Shown here: piece after piece, positions 25,008 to 37,722 of the stretch
Position numbering within the stretch: the stretch's first letter is position 1
Layout of the letters: the number at the start of each line of letters is the position of its first letter
Origin: Octopus sinensis
Taxonomy: Eukaryota
Length of the DNA stretch: 64,000 nt
NCBI RefSeq assembly: GCF_006345805.1
Contig: NC_043020.1
Span: 13,330,001-13,394,000, forward strand
Reading direction: 5' to 3'
Position numbers and translations under genes: made by a program
Notes under the pieces: generated by a model
Database searches by the model: none
What the model was told of the DNA's origin: nothing
What the model saw: the letters and a program-made list of their open reading frames with translations, nothing else

Positions 25008-25451
25008 CATATTTTTAACATATTTGCCTGGAATCCAACAGTCTCTCAGTTGAAAACAAAGAAACACAACTCTGAAGTCTGTGGTGGGTCGTCTGTCAGG
25101 TCAAACACGTTAACTCTTGTCACATCTGTCTTATTTAGTGCCGTATCACATGACCCTACATGTGTTGCTACCTCATCCAGACTGATTACTACTGATTGAT
25201 AACATGGAATATTCTATCTTTGAGTTTATATTCTGAGGCGCCAAATTAGAGTTCTGGTGTTGAAGACCTGAGTTCAATCCTCAAGCAAGAATTCATTGCG
25301 TTTTAAATCCTGTGCAATTGGAAAATGGGTTTCTACTTCATGTTGAGTGTGAGCATGAGGGCAGCTGGGAGTGGCAAGTGTGAAGGCAGGTATTTTAGTG
25401 GTGAGTGTGAGGGTAGCTGTTTGGGTGGCAAGTGGCAAGAGCAGCCATCTT

Positions 25452-26050
25452 GGCGGCGAGCTGGCAGAAACGTTAGCACGCCAGGCAAAATGCTTAGCAG
25501 TATTTCATCTGCCACTACGTTCTGAGTTCAAATTCCGCCGAGGTCAACTTTGCCTTTCATCCTTTCGAGGTTGATTAAATAAGTACCAGTTACGCACTGG
25601 GGTCAATATAATCGACTTAATCCATTTGTCTGTCCTTATTTGTCCCCTCTATGTGTAGCCCCTTGTGGGCAGTAAAGAAATAGGTGTTTCGTTTGCCGTT
25701 ACGTTCTGAGTTCAAATTCCGCCGAGTTCAACTTTGCCTTTCATCCTTTCGGGATCGATTAAAAAAGTAATAGTTACACACTGGGGTCGATATAATCAAC
25801 TTAATCCATTTGTCTGTCCTTATTTGTCCCCTCTATGTGTAGCCCCTTGTGGGCAGTAAAGAAATAGATATTTCATTTGCTGTTACATTCTGAGTTCAAA
25901 TTCCGCCGAGGTCGACTTTGCCTTTCATCCTTTTGGGGTCGATTAAATAAGTACCAGTTACACACTGGGGTCAATGTAATCGACTTAATCCGTTTGTCTG
26001 TCCTTGTTTGTCCCCTCTATGTTTAGCCCCTTGTGGGCAGTAAAGAAATA
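25452..26050 (+). mobile_element. SINE C1 trimer (full unit plus two 184-bp head-truncated units)
   Basis: Units 25452-25682, 25683-25866, 25867-26050. Confidence 0.9.
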
Positions 26051-26129
26051 AGAGCAGCCGTCTAGAGCAGTGAGGGCAGTTGGTTGAGTGGTTAAGTGTG
26101 AGGACAAATGGGTAGGAGAAAATTCCAAG

Positions 26130-26400
26130 TTGAGAGGAGGTCACAGGGACAAAGTCCACCTGCCACACTTCTCAGTCCATCATCCCTGCCCCGAGGTCCT
26201 GTATATATTCCAGGCCAGTGTCTACAATCAAGTTGTCGATGTGTGACAATGTTTTCCTCTTTTTACATTCCCATGTGGTGGACTCCACAAGACTAATTCT
26301 GATGCTTCCAGGTCAGAGTGGCACACGCAGCGACCAGATAGTCACAGCCACCTTTGCCCAGTCTTCTTGCTGACTTTCAGCAGATCTCCGTAATGGTATT
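26130..26400 (-). mobile_element. Second RTE-clade LINE 3' fragment
   Basis: Minus strand: LVLWSPPHGNVKRGK ... IDNLIVDTGLEYIQDLGAGMMD*EVW, typical RTE ORF2 C-terminus. Confidence 0.65.
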
Positions 26401-26410
26401 TGTTTGTCAT

Positions 26411-26821
26411 ATACTCTCTTTTTACTCTTTTACTTGTTTCAGTCATTTGACTGCGGCCATGCTGGAGCACCGCCTTTAATCGAGCAACTCGACCCCGGGA
26501 CTTATTCTTTTGTAAGCCCAGTACTTATTCTATCGGTCTCTTTTGCCGAACGGCTAAGTGACAGGGACGTAAACACACCAGCATCGGTTGTCAAGCAATG
26601 CTAGGGGGACAAACACGGACACACAAACATATACACACACATATATATACATATATACGACAGGCTTCTTTCAGTTTCCGTCTACCAAATCCACTCACAA
26701 GGCTTTGGTCGGCCCGGGGCTATAGCAGAAGACACTTGCCCAAGGTGCCACGCAGTGGGACTGAACCCGGAACCATGTGGTTGGTTAGCAAGCTACTTAC
26801 CACACAGCCACTCCTGCGCCT
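26411..26821 (-). mobile_element. SINE family A
   Basis: Full-length match. Confidence 0.9.
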
Positions 26822-26904
26822 ACATGTTGCTGCCATTTCACATTTAAACTGATATTGCCAATTTAAATGTTAAAGGGTTAAAACTAAAGGAGACCCATCT
26901 AAAC

Positions 26905-27370
26905 TCTCTCCCTCGCTTCCTCTCCCTCGCTTCCTCTCCCTCGCTTCCTCTCCCTCTCTCCCTCGCTTCCTCTCCCTCGCTTCCTCTCCTTCGATTCCTC
27001 TCCCTCGCTTCCTCTCCCTCTCTACCTCGCTCATCTTCCCTCTCTCCCTCGCTTCCTCTCCTTCCTACCTCGACCTTCCTCTCCCTCTATTCCTCGCTTC
27101 CTCTCCTTCTCTCCTCGCTGTCTCTCCTTCTCTCCCTCGCTTCCTCTCCCTCTCCCCCTCGCTTCCTCTCCCTCTCTCCCTCGCTTCCTCTCCCTCTCTC
27201 CCTCGCTTCCTCTCCCTCTCTCTCTCCCTCAATTCCTCTCCTTCTCTCCCTCGCTTCCTCTCCCTCGCTTCCTCTCCTCTCTTCCTCTCCCTCTCTCCCC
27301 TCCCTCGCTTCCTCTCCTTCTCTCCCTCGCTTCCTCTCCCTCTCTCCCTCTCCCTCTCTTTCTCTCTCTG
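26905..27370. repeat. Polypyrimidine minisatellite (CCTCGCTTCCTCTC-type units)
   Basis: Direct reading; almost purely C/T. Confidence 0.9.
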
Positions 27371-27849
27371 TCCATCACTTCCTCTACTTCTCTTTGTTTT
27401 TCTCTAGGTAATTCATATTATAAAATAAATAAATAAATAAATACGTAATTTTAATGTTTTTTCTTGGTTTTTAATTATTTTGTCGCTTGTTTTATCGCCA
27501 ACTCACATCGTTTCCATTATTTCCATGGCAACAATAACGACAACAATTACTTGCCTTTAAACGAGCCACTATTTACTATTGGGACTTTTTAATTAAAATA
27601 TTTCCACCCAGCTCTGTTGTAGTGCATTAATTTAAGAACTACTTCAAGTTGTCGAGACATGTTAATTATAAATGATACATTAATGAGATGGTTCTGGAAT
27701 ATAATACAAGATTCTGTAGAAAAAATGGTTCTGGAAGTCTGCGGAATCACTATTTGAATTGCATAATAAAACCATTTGAGGAAATTTCTTCTTATTTTTT
27801 TTTTGCTAGAATTGATTTTGTGAATATTGCAAAGAACTGAGCATTTGGA

Positions 27850-28740
27850 CATGTGTGTGTATTTTTGATACTGTGTGTGTGTGTGTATGTATTTTTGATA
27901 CTATATGTGTATGTGTGTTTATGTATGTAAGCATATATGTTTGATACTCTGTTGTGTGTGTGTGTGTATATAAGCATGTATTTGATACTGTCAGTGTGTA
28001 TGTGTGTATGTGTTTGTGTGTGTGTATATGTTTTTGTGTGTGTGTTTCTGTGTATATAAGCATGTATTTGATACTGTCAGTGTGTGTGTGTGTTTCTGTG
28101 TATATAAGCATGTATTTGATACTGTCAGTGTGTGTGTGTATATTTGTTTGTGTGTGTGTATATGTTTGTGTGTGTGTGTGTGTTTCTGTGTATATAAGCA
28201 TGTATTTGATACTGTCAGTGTGTGTGTGTATATTTGTTTGTGTGTGTGTATATGTTTATGTGTGTGTGTTTCTGTGTATATAAGCATGTATTTGATACTG
28301 TCAGTGTGTGTGTGTGTATGTGTTTGTGTGTGTGTTTATGTGTGTGTGTTTCTGTGTATATAAGCATGTATTTGATACTGTTAGTGCGTGTGTGTATATA
28401 TGTTTGTGTGTGTGTATATTTGTTTGTGTGTGTGTATATGTTTATGTGTGTGTGTGTGTTTCTGTGTATATAAGCATGTATTTGATACTGTCAGTGTGTG
28501 TGTGTTTGTGTGTGTCTATGTATGTAAGCATGTATGTTGTGTGTGAGTGTATGTGTTTGTATGTGTGTTTATGTATGTAAGCATATATGTTTGATACTCT
28601 GTGTGTGTGCGTGTTTGTGTATATAAGCATGTATTTGATACTGTCTGTGTGTGTGTGTGTATATGTTTGTGTGTGTATGTGTGTTTCTGTGTATATAAGC
28701 ATGTATGTTTGTGTGTGTCTATGTATGTAAGCATGTGTGC
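27850..28740. repeat. Compound minisatellite: TATAAGCATGTATTTGATACTG core separated by variable (TG)n
   Basis: About nine core copies. Confidence 0.9.
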
Positions 28741-29025
28741 ATGAGCATATGTTAGTGTATCTTCCATTTGAAGAAAATCATTCTACAACCAATAATTTTC
28801 AAGTTTATTGATAAAGACAAATTACCATTCTATTTGTTTTGCCAACTGTTAAGTTCCACAAATCATTTCTAAACTTTCCTGCCATACTTAACTCTCTTAA
28901 CTCCAAGACCTTCTTGTTAACATTATATCTAAAGAACTTGACCGTTTTGGGATTGTATTTCCAACAGAAGACACTGTTTATGTTTTAATTAACTTTGAAG
29001 ATAATTAAAACTTTACTCTCTCTCT

Positions 29026-29256
29026 TTTACTCTTTTACTTGTTTCAGTCATTTGATTATCGCCATGCTGGAGCACCACCTTTTAGTCGAGCAAATCGACC
29101 CTGGAACTTATTCTTTGCAAGCCCAGTACTTATTCTACTGGTCTCTTTTGCCGAACTGCTAAGTGACGGGGACGTAAACACACCAGCATCGGTTGTCAAG
29201 CAATGCTAGGGAGACAAACACAGACACACAAACACATGCACACACACACACACACA

Positions 29257-29289
<33 letters not shown>

Positions 29290-29492
29290 ATATATATATA
29301 TAATATATATATATATATACACATATATACGACAGGCTTCTTTCAGTTTCCGTCTACCAAATCCACTCACAAGGCATTGGTTGGCCCGGGGCTATAGCAG
29401 AAGACACTTGCCCAAGATGCCATGCAGTGGGACTGAACCCGGAACCATGTGGTTGGTAAGCAAGCTATTTACCACACAGCCACTCCTGCGCC
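29026..29492 (-). mobile_element. SINE family A
   Basis: Full-length match. Confidence 0.9.
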
Positions 29493-30159
29493 TTAAGATT
29501 ATCTTTACATAAGATTATGATGAAAAATCTTAGTTTAAAATATGGACATTTTAAAACAAGAAGTTCTTTTATCATAGAACCATAAGTAATGGTCTCAAAT
29601 GGACTGATGCCATAAAACCAGAAGTGGTGGCCTCATGTGGATTGGTATGCTAGAACCGGAGTTAGTGGTCTCTATACTAACAACTATAGTGACCACTTCC
29701 AACACTAACCATTAGAACCACCGTTAATACTAACACTTGTAATATTGACACATACTAATGGGAGCCTTTACACAGTCCCCTGACCTGCTGGAAATAGCAG
29801 CCAAATTTATCACCAATTACACCTATTGCCTTAGAAGTAAAGTCATCTTGTTTGCACTGTGTCTGAGAAAAGGACTCAATGTTCACAACTGCTATGTCTT
29901 TGATCATAGGCTTGTTCCATAAAAAGCTGACCCGGGGTTAAACCAGATCAACAACAGCGATGCATTTCTTTCTAATATTAACAGATCAGCAGGTGTAAAG
30001 TCAAACAATAACCGTTCGATGGAGGAAAATTTGCTTTGATTTCTCTATTGATCTCTATATTGATCTGCATATTGATAGATTTTGTAACATTTTGCAGATA
30101 ATAATTTTGAAATTTCGGTATTGTACTGAAAACTAATATCAAAGTGTTTGGAAGGCTGT

Positions 30160-30281
30160 GTTTTGTTTATATATGTATATACATACATACATGCATACAT
30201 GTACAAACATATATACATGTAAATACATATCTGTGTATATACATAAATTATATACATGTACATACATTTATATGTGTGTAT

Positions 30282-30325
<44 letters not shown>

Positions 30326-30342
30326 GTGTGCCCATGCACATG

Positions 30343-30382
<40 letters not shown>

Positions 30383-30550
30383 AAAGCATATGTATATACA
30401 CACATATGCTCACATGTATTTATATATATATATACATACATGTGCTTGCACACGCACAAATATATATATGTATGTAAGTATATACACACATATATATGTA
30501 TGTACATGTATATATGTATGTATATACATATACTTTCCTATATATATATA

Positions 30551-30581
<31 letters not shown>

Positions 30582-30720
30582 CTTTCCTATATACATATAT
30601 ATAGGAAAGTATTTGTATATACACACATATGCACACATGTATTTATATGTATATATATATATATATACACACACATACATGCACACACACAAACATATAT
30701 ATATATCTATATAGGATATT
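30160..30720. repeat. (TA)/(CA) compound microsatellite
   Basis: Direct reading. Confidence 0.9.
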
Positions 30721-31428
30721 TAATAGTTTATGTCTATGTATTTAGGTAAGTATTTGTTGTCTCTGATTTTGTCCTAGAGGAACCAGTCAGGCAAAGATTG
30801 TAAATCCTCCACAGAATTCTACAAAAGCTAAACTGATGTGAATTATGTTTCTTTATCACACAGTTAGCAACCATAATGAAGTAATGTTTTATTATGTTTA
30901 CTGTAGGGATTGCAATGCAGTTCCGAAAGATCTTCTGCCAAATAAACCAAAATATAAGTTCCATCTTGTAGAAACGGTCAAAATCTCTGTAGACTACTTG
31001 GTTTGTAAATGTAATAATGTTTGAAGAACTCGGTTCCAAACAGCTGAATCCGTCACGTGGATGGTGTTAAGATCTGGAATGGTGTTGTTGCTGCAGCAGG
31101 AGACGTAAACGGCAGCAGCTGCATCCGAGTCCATCTCTGCACCGCCCCCTCACCTCACCCTCCTCCCCACTCACACACACACCGAAACCCCAAGAATCTT
31201 TTACATAGCTGCTCTGCCTGCGAAAAATGTCAGCCAACTCTCCTCAAAGTACCTGTCACAGTTGGAACATCTTTGACCTTAGTTGACCTGGAGCTATACA
31301 CTACACAGCTCCCCTATTCACCAAATATTGCGCTGTAGCATGGCCGTAAACCAGTGACTCAAACTGGTCTATTTTTTCATGTCCACATTTTATTGGCTTC
31401 ATTTCTCTCTCATGGTACCATGATTGTT

Positions 31429-32040
31429 TACTCTTTTACTCTTTTATTTGTTTCAGTCATTTGACTGGCCATTCTGGAGCACCGCCTTTAGTCGAGCACA
31501 TCAACCCCAGGACTTATTCTTTGTAAGCCTAGTACTTATTCTATCGGTCTCTTTTGCCGAACCGCTAAGTTACAGGGACGTAAACACACCAGCATCGGTT
31601 GTCAAGAGATGTTGGGGAGACAATCACAGACACACAAACATATACACACACAAACACATACATATACATATATACGACGGGCTGCTTTCAGTTTCCGTCT
31701 ACCAAATCCACCCACAAGGCTTTGGTTGGCCTGAGGCTTTAGTAGAAGACACTTGCCCAAGGTTCCACGCAGTGGGACTGAACCCGGAACCATGTAGTTC
31801 GTAAGCAAGCTACTTACCACACAGCCACTCCTATGCCTATTAATAACCTATATATACATACATACATACATATATACGACAGGCTTCTTTCAGTTTCCGT
31901 CTACAATATCCACTCATAAAGCTTTGGTTGACCCAAGGCTATAGTAGAAGACACTTGCTTAAGGTGCCACGCAGTGGGACTGAACCTGGAACCATGTAGT
32001 TCGTAAGCAAGCTATGTACCACACAACCACTCCTATGCCT
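31429..32040 (-). mobile_element. Family A SINE plus partial second copy
   Basis: Head half repeated at ~31850-32040. Confidence 0.8.
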
Positions 32041-32184
32041 TTGAAAAACAATAGTTTTGGATTTGGGAATGATTAAGATTGAATAATGACTGATGAACCC
32101 CTTCTAATAACTAGGCTGTTTTTGAGCCATATATCTATTCCATCAGAGCTCCACCAGTGCCAATGTCATCATCTTTTGTCATGG

Positions 32185-32410
32185 GCAGAAATATTAGCAT
32201 GCTGGGCGAAATGCATAGCCGTATTTCGTCTGCCGTTACGTTTTGAGTTCAAATTCCGCCGAGGTCGACTTTGCCTTTCATCCTTTCGGGGTCGATAAAT
32301 TAAGCACCAGTTACACACTTGGATCGATGCAATCGACTTAATCCATTTGTCTGTCCTTGTTTGTCCCCTCTATGTTTAGCCCCTTGTGGGTAATAAAGAA
32401 ACAGATATTT
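32185..32410 (+). mobile_element. SINE C1
   Basis: Matches C1 consensus. Confidence 0.8.
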
Positions 32411-33103
32411 ATGGTGTGTTTTAAATAATTTTGAAAATGAAGAATACGGAGAAATTTAGTACCATAACTTTGCAATTATAAAGATGACATTTGGAACATA
32501 AATTTTCTTTCATAAAATTATGGAAATTTTAAATTTTGATTTTGAATAGTTTTGAATAAAAGAACCAAAGTGGAATCAAGATAGGCAGAGTGTCTGTGGC
32601 TTAGAGGATGAAACCTGAGAAGAGATAGTATGTCTGTGGGTCAGAAGGTGGAGCATTTTCTGAATGATTTGATGTCAATTAGCCAGGTGGTCATTGTCTA
32701 GTCTAAGCTGTGTGTGTAGACCTCAATAAACTGCTGTCCAGATATGGCTGCGGTGTCAGACTCCAGATTTGTTGAAATTTCTCTGAATTCAGTGACTGGA
32801 ATAATAGCTTGTTTGAGAGCGTAGGTATTAAGAGATGGTGGTTGTAGTTGTAATGGAAGGCATTTGAGGATTGGTTTCTTTGAATTTAATGAACACTGGT
32901 GGTGGGGGATGGTGTGAGGAGGAACTTTCCAGCTAATTTATAATAACAGAAAATTAAATTGACCATTTGGTATATTACAGCTGATCAAGAAATAAGTTTC
33001 CTGGAAGACATAAAGAATCCAATATAGTGTTAACAGATGAGTGGGCTATGTTCAAGAATTTTGTCTGGTCGTTTTGTTTAAAAGTACATTGTTTCTTTTG
33101 TGG

Positions 33104-33425
33104 AGGTGCATGGCTCAGTGGTTAGAGCACCAGGCTCGTGATCATGAGGTAGTGAGTTCGATTCTCAGACCGGGCTGTGTGTTGTGTTCTTGAGCAAGAC
33201 ACTTTATTTCACGTTGCTCCGATTCACTCAGCTGTAGAAATGAGTTGCAACATCACTGATGCCAAGCTGTATCGGCCCCTTTGCTTTTCCCCTGGATAAC
33301 ATCAGTGGCATGGAGAGGAGAGGTTGGTGTTATGCATGGGTGCCTTGCCCAGACATGTGCCTCGGAGGGAAACTTTCGAGGTGCAATCGCATGGTCATTC
33401 ATGACTAAAGGGGTGTCTTTACCCT
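33104..33425 (+). mobile_element. SINE family E
   Basis: A-box-like TGGCTCAGTGG, B-box-like GAGTTCGATTC, CORE-like core and E tail. Confidence 0.85.
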
Positions 33426-33553
33426 TTTACTTGACATTTCTTCCCTTAACCTTTTTATCATATTCCTGCTGAAATACTATCTTCGTTTCAATTAATTTCT
33501 TAAATAATGAAAAATTTAGCAAAATAACTACTTGGTAATTATTAAGCTTATTA

Positions 33554-34072
33554 TTAATCCTTTTGTTACCAACCCAGCTGAAACCGGCTCTGGCTCTGTA
33601 GTACAAATGTCTTATTTTCAAAAGTTTTGAATTAAAATCTTCTACCAAACCTTAGTCACAATTTATGTTCCTAACACTAGCTGAATGATAACTAAGTTAT
33701 TTTACTAATTCTTTGTTATATTTAAAATTAATTGAAAGAAACACAGAGTCTCTCAACAGAAATATGGTAACAAAAGTGTTAAAACAAATGTAAAAATGAA
33801 TGATACATAAGTATGAAGACACCTTGGGCCACTGCTAGTTCTTCCCGTCTTAACTCTTTTGATACCAACCCACTTGAAACCACCTCTGTAGTACAAATGT
33901 CTTGTTTTCAAAAGTTCTGAATTAAAATCTTCCACCAAACCCTTGTCACAATTTATGTTCCTAACACTAGCTTAATGATAACTAAGTTATTTTACTAAAT
34001 TCTTTGTTATATTTAATGTAATTGAAAGAAACACAGAGCATCTAAAAAGAAATACGGTAACAAAAGGGTTAA
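33554..34072. mobile_element. Two copies of a second TTAA/piggyBac-type MITE (33554-33782, 33850-34072)
   Basis: TTAAYCYTTTTG[T/A]TACC ... GGTAACAAAAG[G/T]GTTAA termini, shared interior. Confidence 0.8.
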
Positions 34073-34484
34073 GCCATTTAAATTAACATGAAATTTTTAT
34101 GGGAGATTTCCATTTAAATCACTTCAAAATGGTAAATATGCATCCTAGAACTACAGGTAGTCACAAGCAATTTGAGGAAGGAACCAAGGATGATGGGGAC
34201 ATTATTGTGTTCTAATTTAATTGTTTAGACCCAGAAGAAAGGACAATGTCCATGGTATTTTGTAGAATCTCCTATAGGTGGTAAGAAGTTTGCTTCCCAA
34301 CCACAGGGTTCTGGGTTCAATCCCACTGTGTGAAACCTTGGGCAAGTGTCTTTTACTATAGACTTGGGCTTATTCAAATTTTATATTTTATACACTTTTC
34401 AAACACACACACAAACACACACATACATACACACACACAGCAAAATGATTTTGCAAGCATTTTTCTGTCAAAAAGTAGCTGACT

Positions 34485-34850
34485 GATGTGGTAAGTAGCT
34501 TGCTTACCAACCACATGGTTCCAGGTTCAGTCCCACTGCGTGGCACCTTGGGCAAGTGTCTTCTACTATAGCCTTGGGCTAACCAAAGCCTTGTGAGTGG
34601 ATTTGGTAGATGGAAATTGAAAGAAGCATGTCGTGGGTGTGTGTGTGTGTGTGCATGTCCCGCCACTGCTTGACAACCGGTGTTGGTGTGTTTACATCCC
34701 CATAACTTAGTGGTTCAGCAAAAGAGGCTGGTAGAATAAGTGACAGGCTTCACAAAAAAATAAGTACTGGGGTTAGTAAGTTCGACTAAAATCCTTCAAG
34801 GCGGTGCTCCAGCATGACCACAGTCTAATGACTGAAACAAGTAAAAGATA
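34485..34850 (+). mobile_element. Family A SINE variant
   Basis: Similarity to A consensus. Confidence 0.75.
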
Positions 34851-36115
34851 GACAATAACAGTAGCATTAATGTGGGTGATATTGTGTCCATCTGTTGGTC
34901 AGTATCTGAGAGCAAAATGGTGGTGGTGGTGGTGGTGGTGGTGGTGGTGGTGGTGGTGGTGGTGGTGGTGGTGATGCTAATGGAAATAACTCGGTGGAGT
35001 TACCGTGTTTAGTGTGACGAAACCAGTCGGTGCCTGCCTACCTACCTACCAACTTCCAGACTGTACACAGGTGTGTTTTTGTGTGTGTTAAAATATAAAT
35101 CCAGGTGAGTTAATTAATAAATACATAAATTGATGAAAGATCAATTGCCAGTTTGATGTTCGCCGTTAATGTTCGAAGGATTATACGTTAGAACTAATTA
35201 TCTTTGTTTTAACTTAATGAAATTAAAGTTACATCATCATCATCATCATCACCACCACCACCATCACCACCACCATCATCATTACTGTAATCATCATCAT
35301 CATCATCAGATAAATATGGTAAGAAACCAAAAATATCCATGTAAATGTTTCTGAATTTGGCATATCTGCATGTATGTGTTTGTTTGTTTGTTTGTTTGTT
35401 TGTATGCGATGGAGAGGGGGGGTCTTTTAATCACCCCCTCCTCTCCCCAGACTTTCTCCTCTATCAGCCGATATGTGAGATCAAACTTATCGAGGGTTCC
35501 ACTAATTCAGGATCAGCGGTATCAGCCAATCTTGTGTTCCAGTTTTCGCAGGCATTTCCAGTAACACCTGATATCTCAGGTGAACGAGATTTCAGTTAAG
35601 CCGGAGGATTTCTAACAGTTTAATTGGAGGATTAAGTTATCTTTGGGGAGTATTTAAATTAAGAGATTCATTAACACCTACACACACTGCAAAGTCTGTG
35701 CACACACACACTCACACATTATGTATTATGTGTCCTTGTATATGTGTGTGTGTGTGTGTGTGTAGAATATATCTAAGACCTGTGTAGGTGTATGCATAAA
35801 CGTTAAAAATGGTCTCTCACTTTCTTTTGTAACTTCTTATAAAAAAAAAAAGGTATTTTTTGGTCAGCGTCAAAAGGGGAGAAGGGTGTTTCCCTTGATC
35901 TTCTAGGGGCCACCCCACCCCCCTGCTCTTGGTTTTTTGATGTTGATATAATTGATGCAGTCTGAAATTTCTATAGGTCAGTGTCTGTAGGGGAGGAACA
36001 AACACTCGTAAGGAGAGAATTTCAGAGGGTTGCAATTTGGGGGTAAAAGGATTGGAGTTTAGTGTTTTAATGTGGACAGTGAGTGATGATGATCAACAGA
36101 GAGTCAAGATATATA

Positions 36116-36603
36116 TCTCTCTCTATATAACGGCAGTTTGTCTGTCTGTGTGTCTGTTTGGTTGTACCCTCACCCTGACCACGGCTTTCAACCGATTCTG
36201 ATGAAACTTGACACACACATAGCCCAATGTCATAATTCAAAACTAACGCAGCGAAAATTTTGTAAAGTTCCCCCAGTTCTGAAAAAAATTGATAAATTCG
36301 ACATGGGGTCGAGAATCTAAGCTTTTTATTTGCAACTTGCAATCGATTTTGACCAAACTCATGGTGAAGCTTAATGTTACACTAAGAAACTTAATTCTGA
36401 CGTTAGTTTTCCATGCAATACCTTATCATCAGAAAAAATCGATAAAATCATGCCATTTTGGGAAATCGCGTTCTAATTCAAGATGACATATTTTCGACAA
36501 TATCATTCACAAATTGGCAGGAATTTTTTAAAAATTCACAGCGAGCATCATGTCTGCTCCAGGGGCTCTTACATACCCGGGCAATGCCGGGCTATGCTGC
36601 TAG
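36116..36603 (+). mobile_element. Non-autonomous Helitron (3' end type 1)
   Basis: A|TC start, GTCTGTCTG repeat, CCCGGGCAATGCCGGG hairpin, terminal CTAG|T. Confidence 0.85.
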
Positions 36604-36819
36604 TATATACATATACACACAGGGTGTGATGGGTAAATTGTCGCTGTCTTATATTTTTAATTTCATGCATGCACATTGTTTCTGATTTTGCCGACTACAC
36701 AGTATGGTAGGGTCAGTTGGGTACCGTCTGTAAGAAAAACAGCACTAAGATGCAATTCACTCTGCCAGAAATTTGGAAACGTCATGCTAATGATACCAGC
36801 CTCCGCTCTTCATGCCACC

Positions 36820-37230
36820 AATGTTATCAGCCAATACAGCTTGGCACCATTGATGTTGCAACTCATATCTACAACTGACTGAACTGGAAAAACATGAAAT
36901 GAAGTGTCTTGCTCAAGAACACAAAACACAGCCCAGTCTGGGAATCGAACTCATCTACTTCACGATTGTGAGTCTGCTGCTCTAACCACTGAGCCATGCA
37001 TCTTCACACAGAAACATTAACAGCAAAATAAGATGATGATGATATATATATATAGTTGGATAAACTGAGTGAACTGGAAAAACATGAAATAAAGTGTCTT
37101 GCTCAAGAACACAAAACACAGCCCAGTCTGGGAATCGAACTCATCTACTTCATGATTGTGAGTCTGCTGCTCTAACCACTGAGCCATGCATCTTCACACA
37201 GGAACATTAACAGCAAAATAAGATGATAAT
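36820..37230 (-). mobile_element. Tandemly duplicated E-core SINE plus flank (~175-bp unit)
   Basis: 36880-37052 repeated at 37053-37230. Confidence 0.85.
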
Positions 37231-37231
37231 G

Positions 37232-37268
<37 letters not shown>

Positions 37269-37559
37269 TGTGTACAGTGCTCAGGTGCACTACAACTCAT
37301 CTAAAGTGTATATATAATCAGGTGTAGTTTCGGCGGATTTCGGAAAGCATGAGGGCCTTAAAGGATGCAGTGTCATGGCAGTCAACAACTGACGCAGGCA
37401 GTTTATTCCATGCTTCAGCAACTCTGAGCGTGAAAAAATGTTTCCGAAAGTCATGGGAGCTGTGTTGTTTTCTGACTTTGTAGTCATGTCCACGTGTGTT
37501 AGACACATGGAGATCAAAAAGGTGTTCAGTGTTGTTGTTGGTGAGGTGGTTGATAACTA
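37232..37559 (-). mobile_element. CR1-clade LINE 3' end
   Basis: NTRGHDYKVRKQHSSHDFRKHFFTLRVAEAWNKLPASVV matches the CR1 TRGH ... FF..RV...WN.LP motif; (TTA)n tail. Confidence 0.85.
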
Positions 37560-37691
37560 TATATATATATATAGTTGGATAAAATTTTGGTAAAAACCTC
37601 TGTAGTATGCTATGCAAAGCTTATCCATGAGCATACTCCTCTATATTTGCTTATTCATTCATACACTCAAATATCTACACCCATCTATATC

Positions 37692-37713
<22 letters not shown>

Positions 37714-37722
<9 letters not shown>

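Noticed and set aside
30741-30752. TTTAG|GTAAGT ratchet-like motif
   Set aside because: No real polypyrimidine tract; follows a TA microsatellite
36198-36212. CTGATGA in Helitron copies as a hammerhead core
   Set aside because: No stem II or downstream GAAA; part of the Helitron 5' motif
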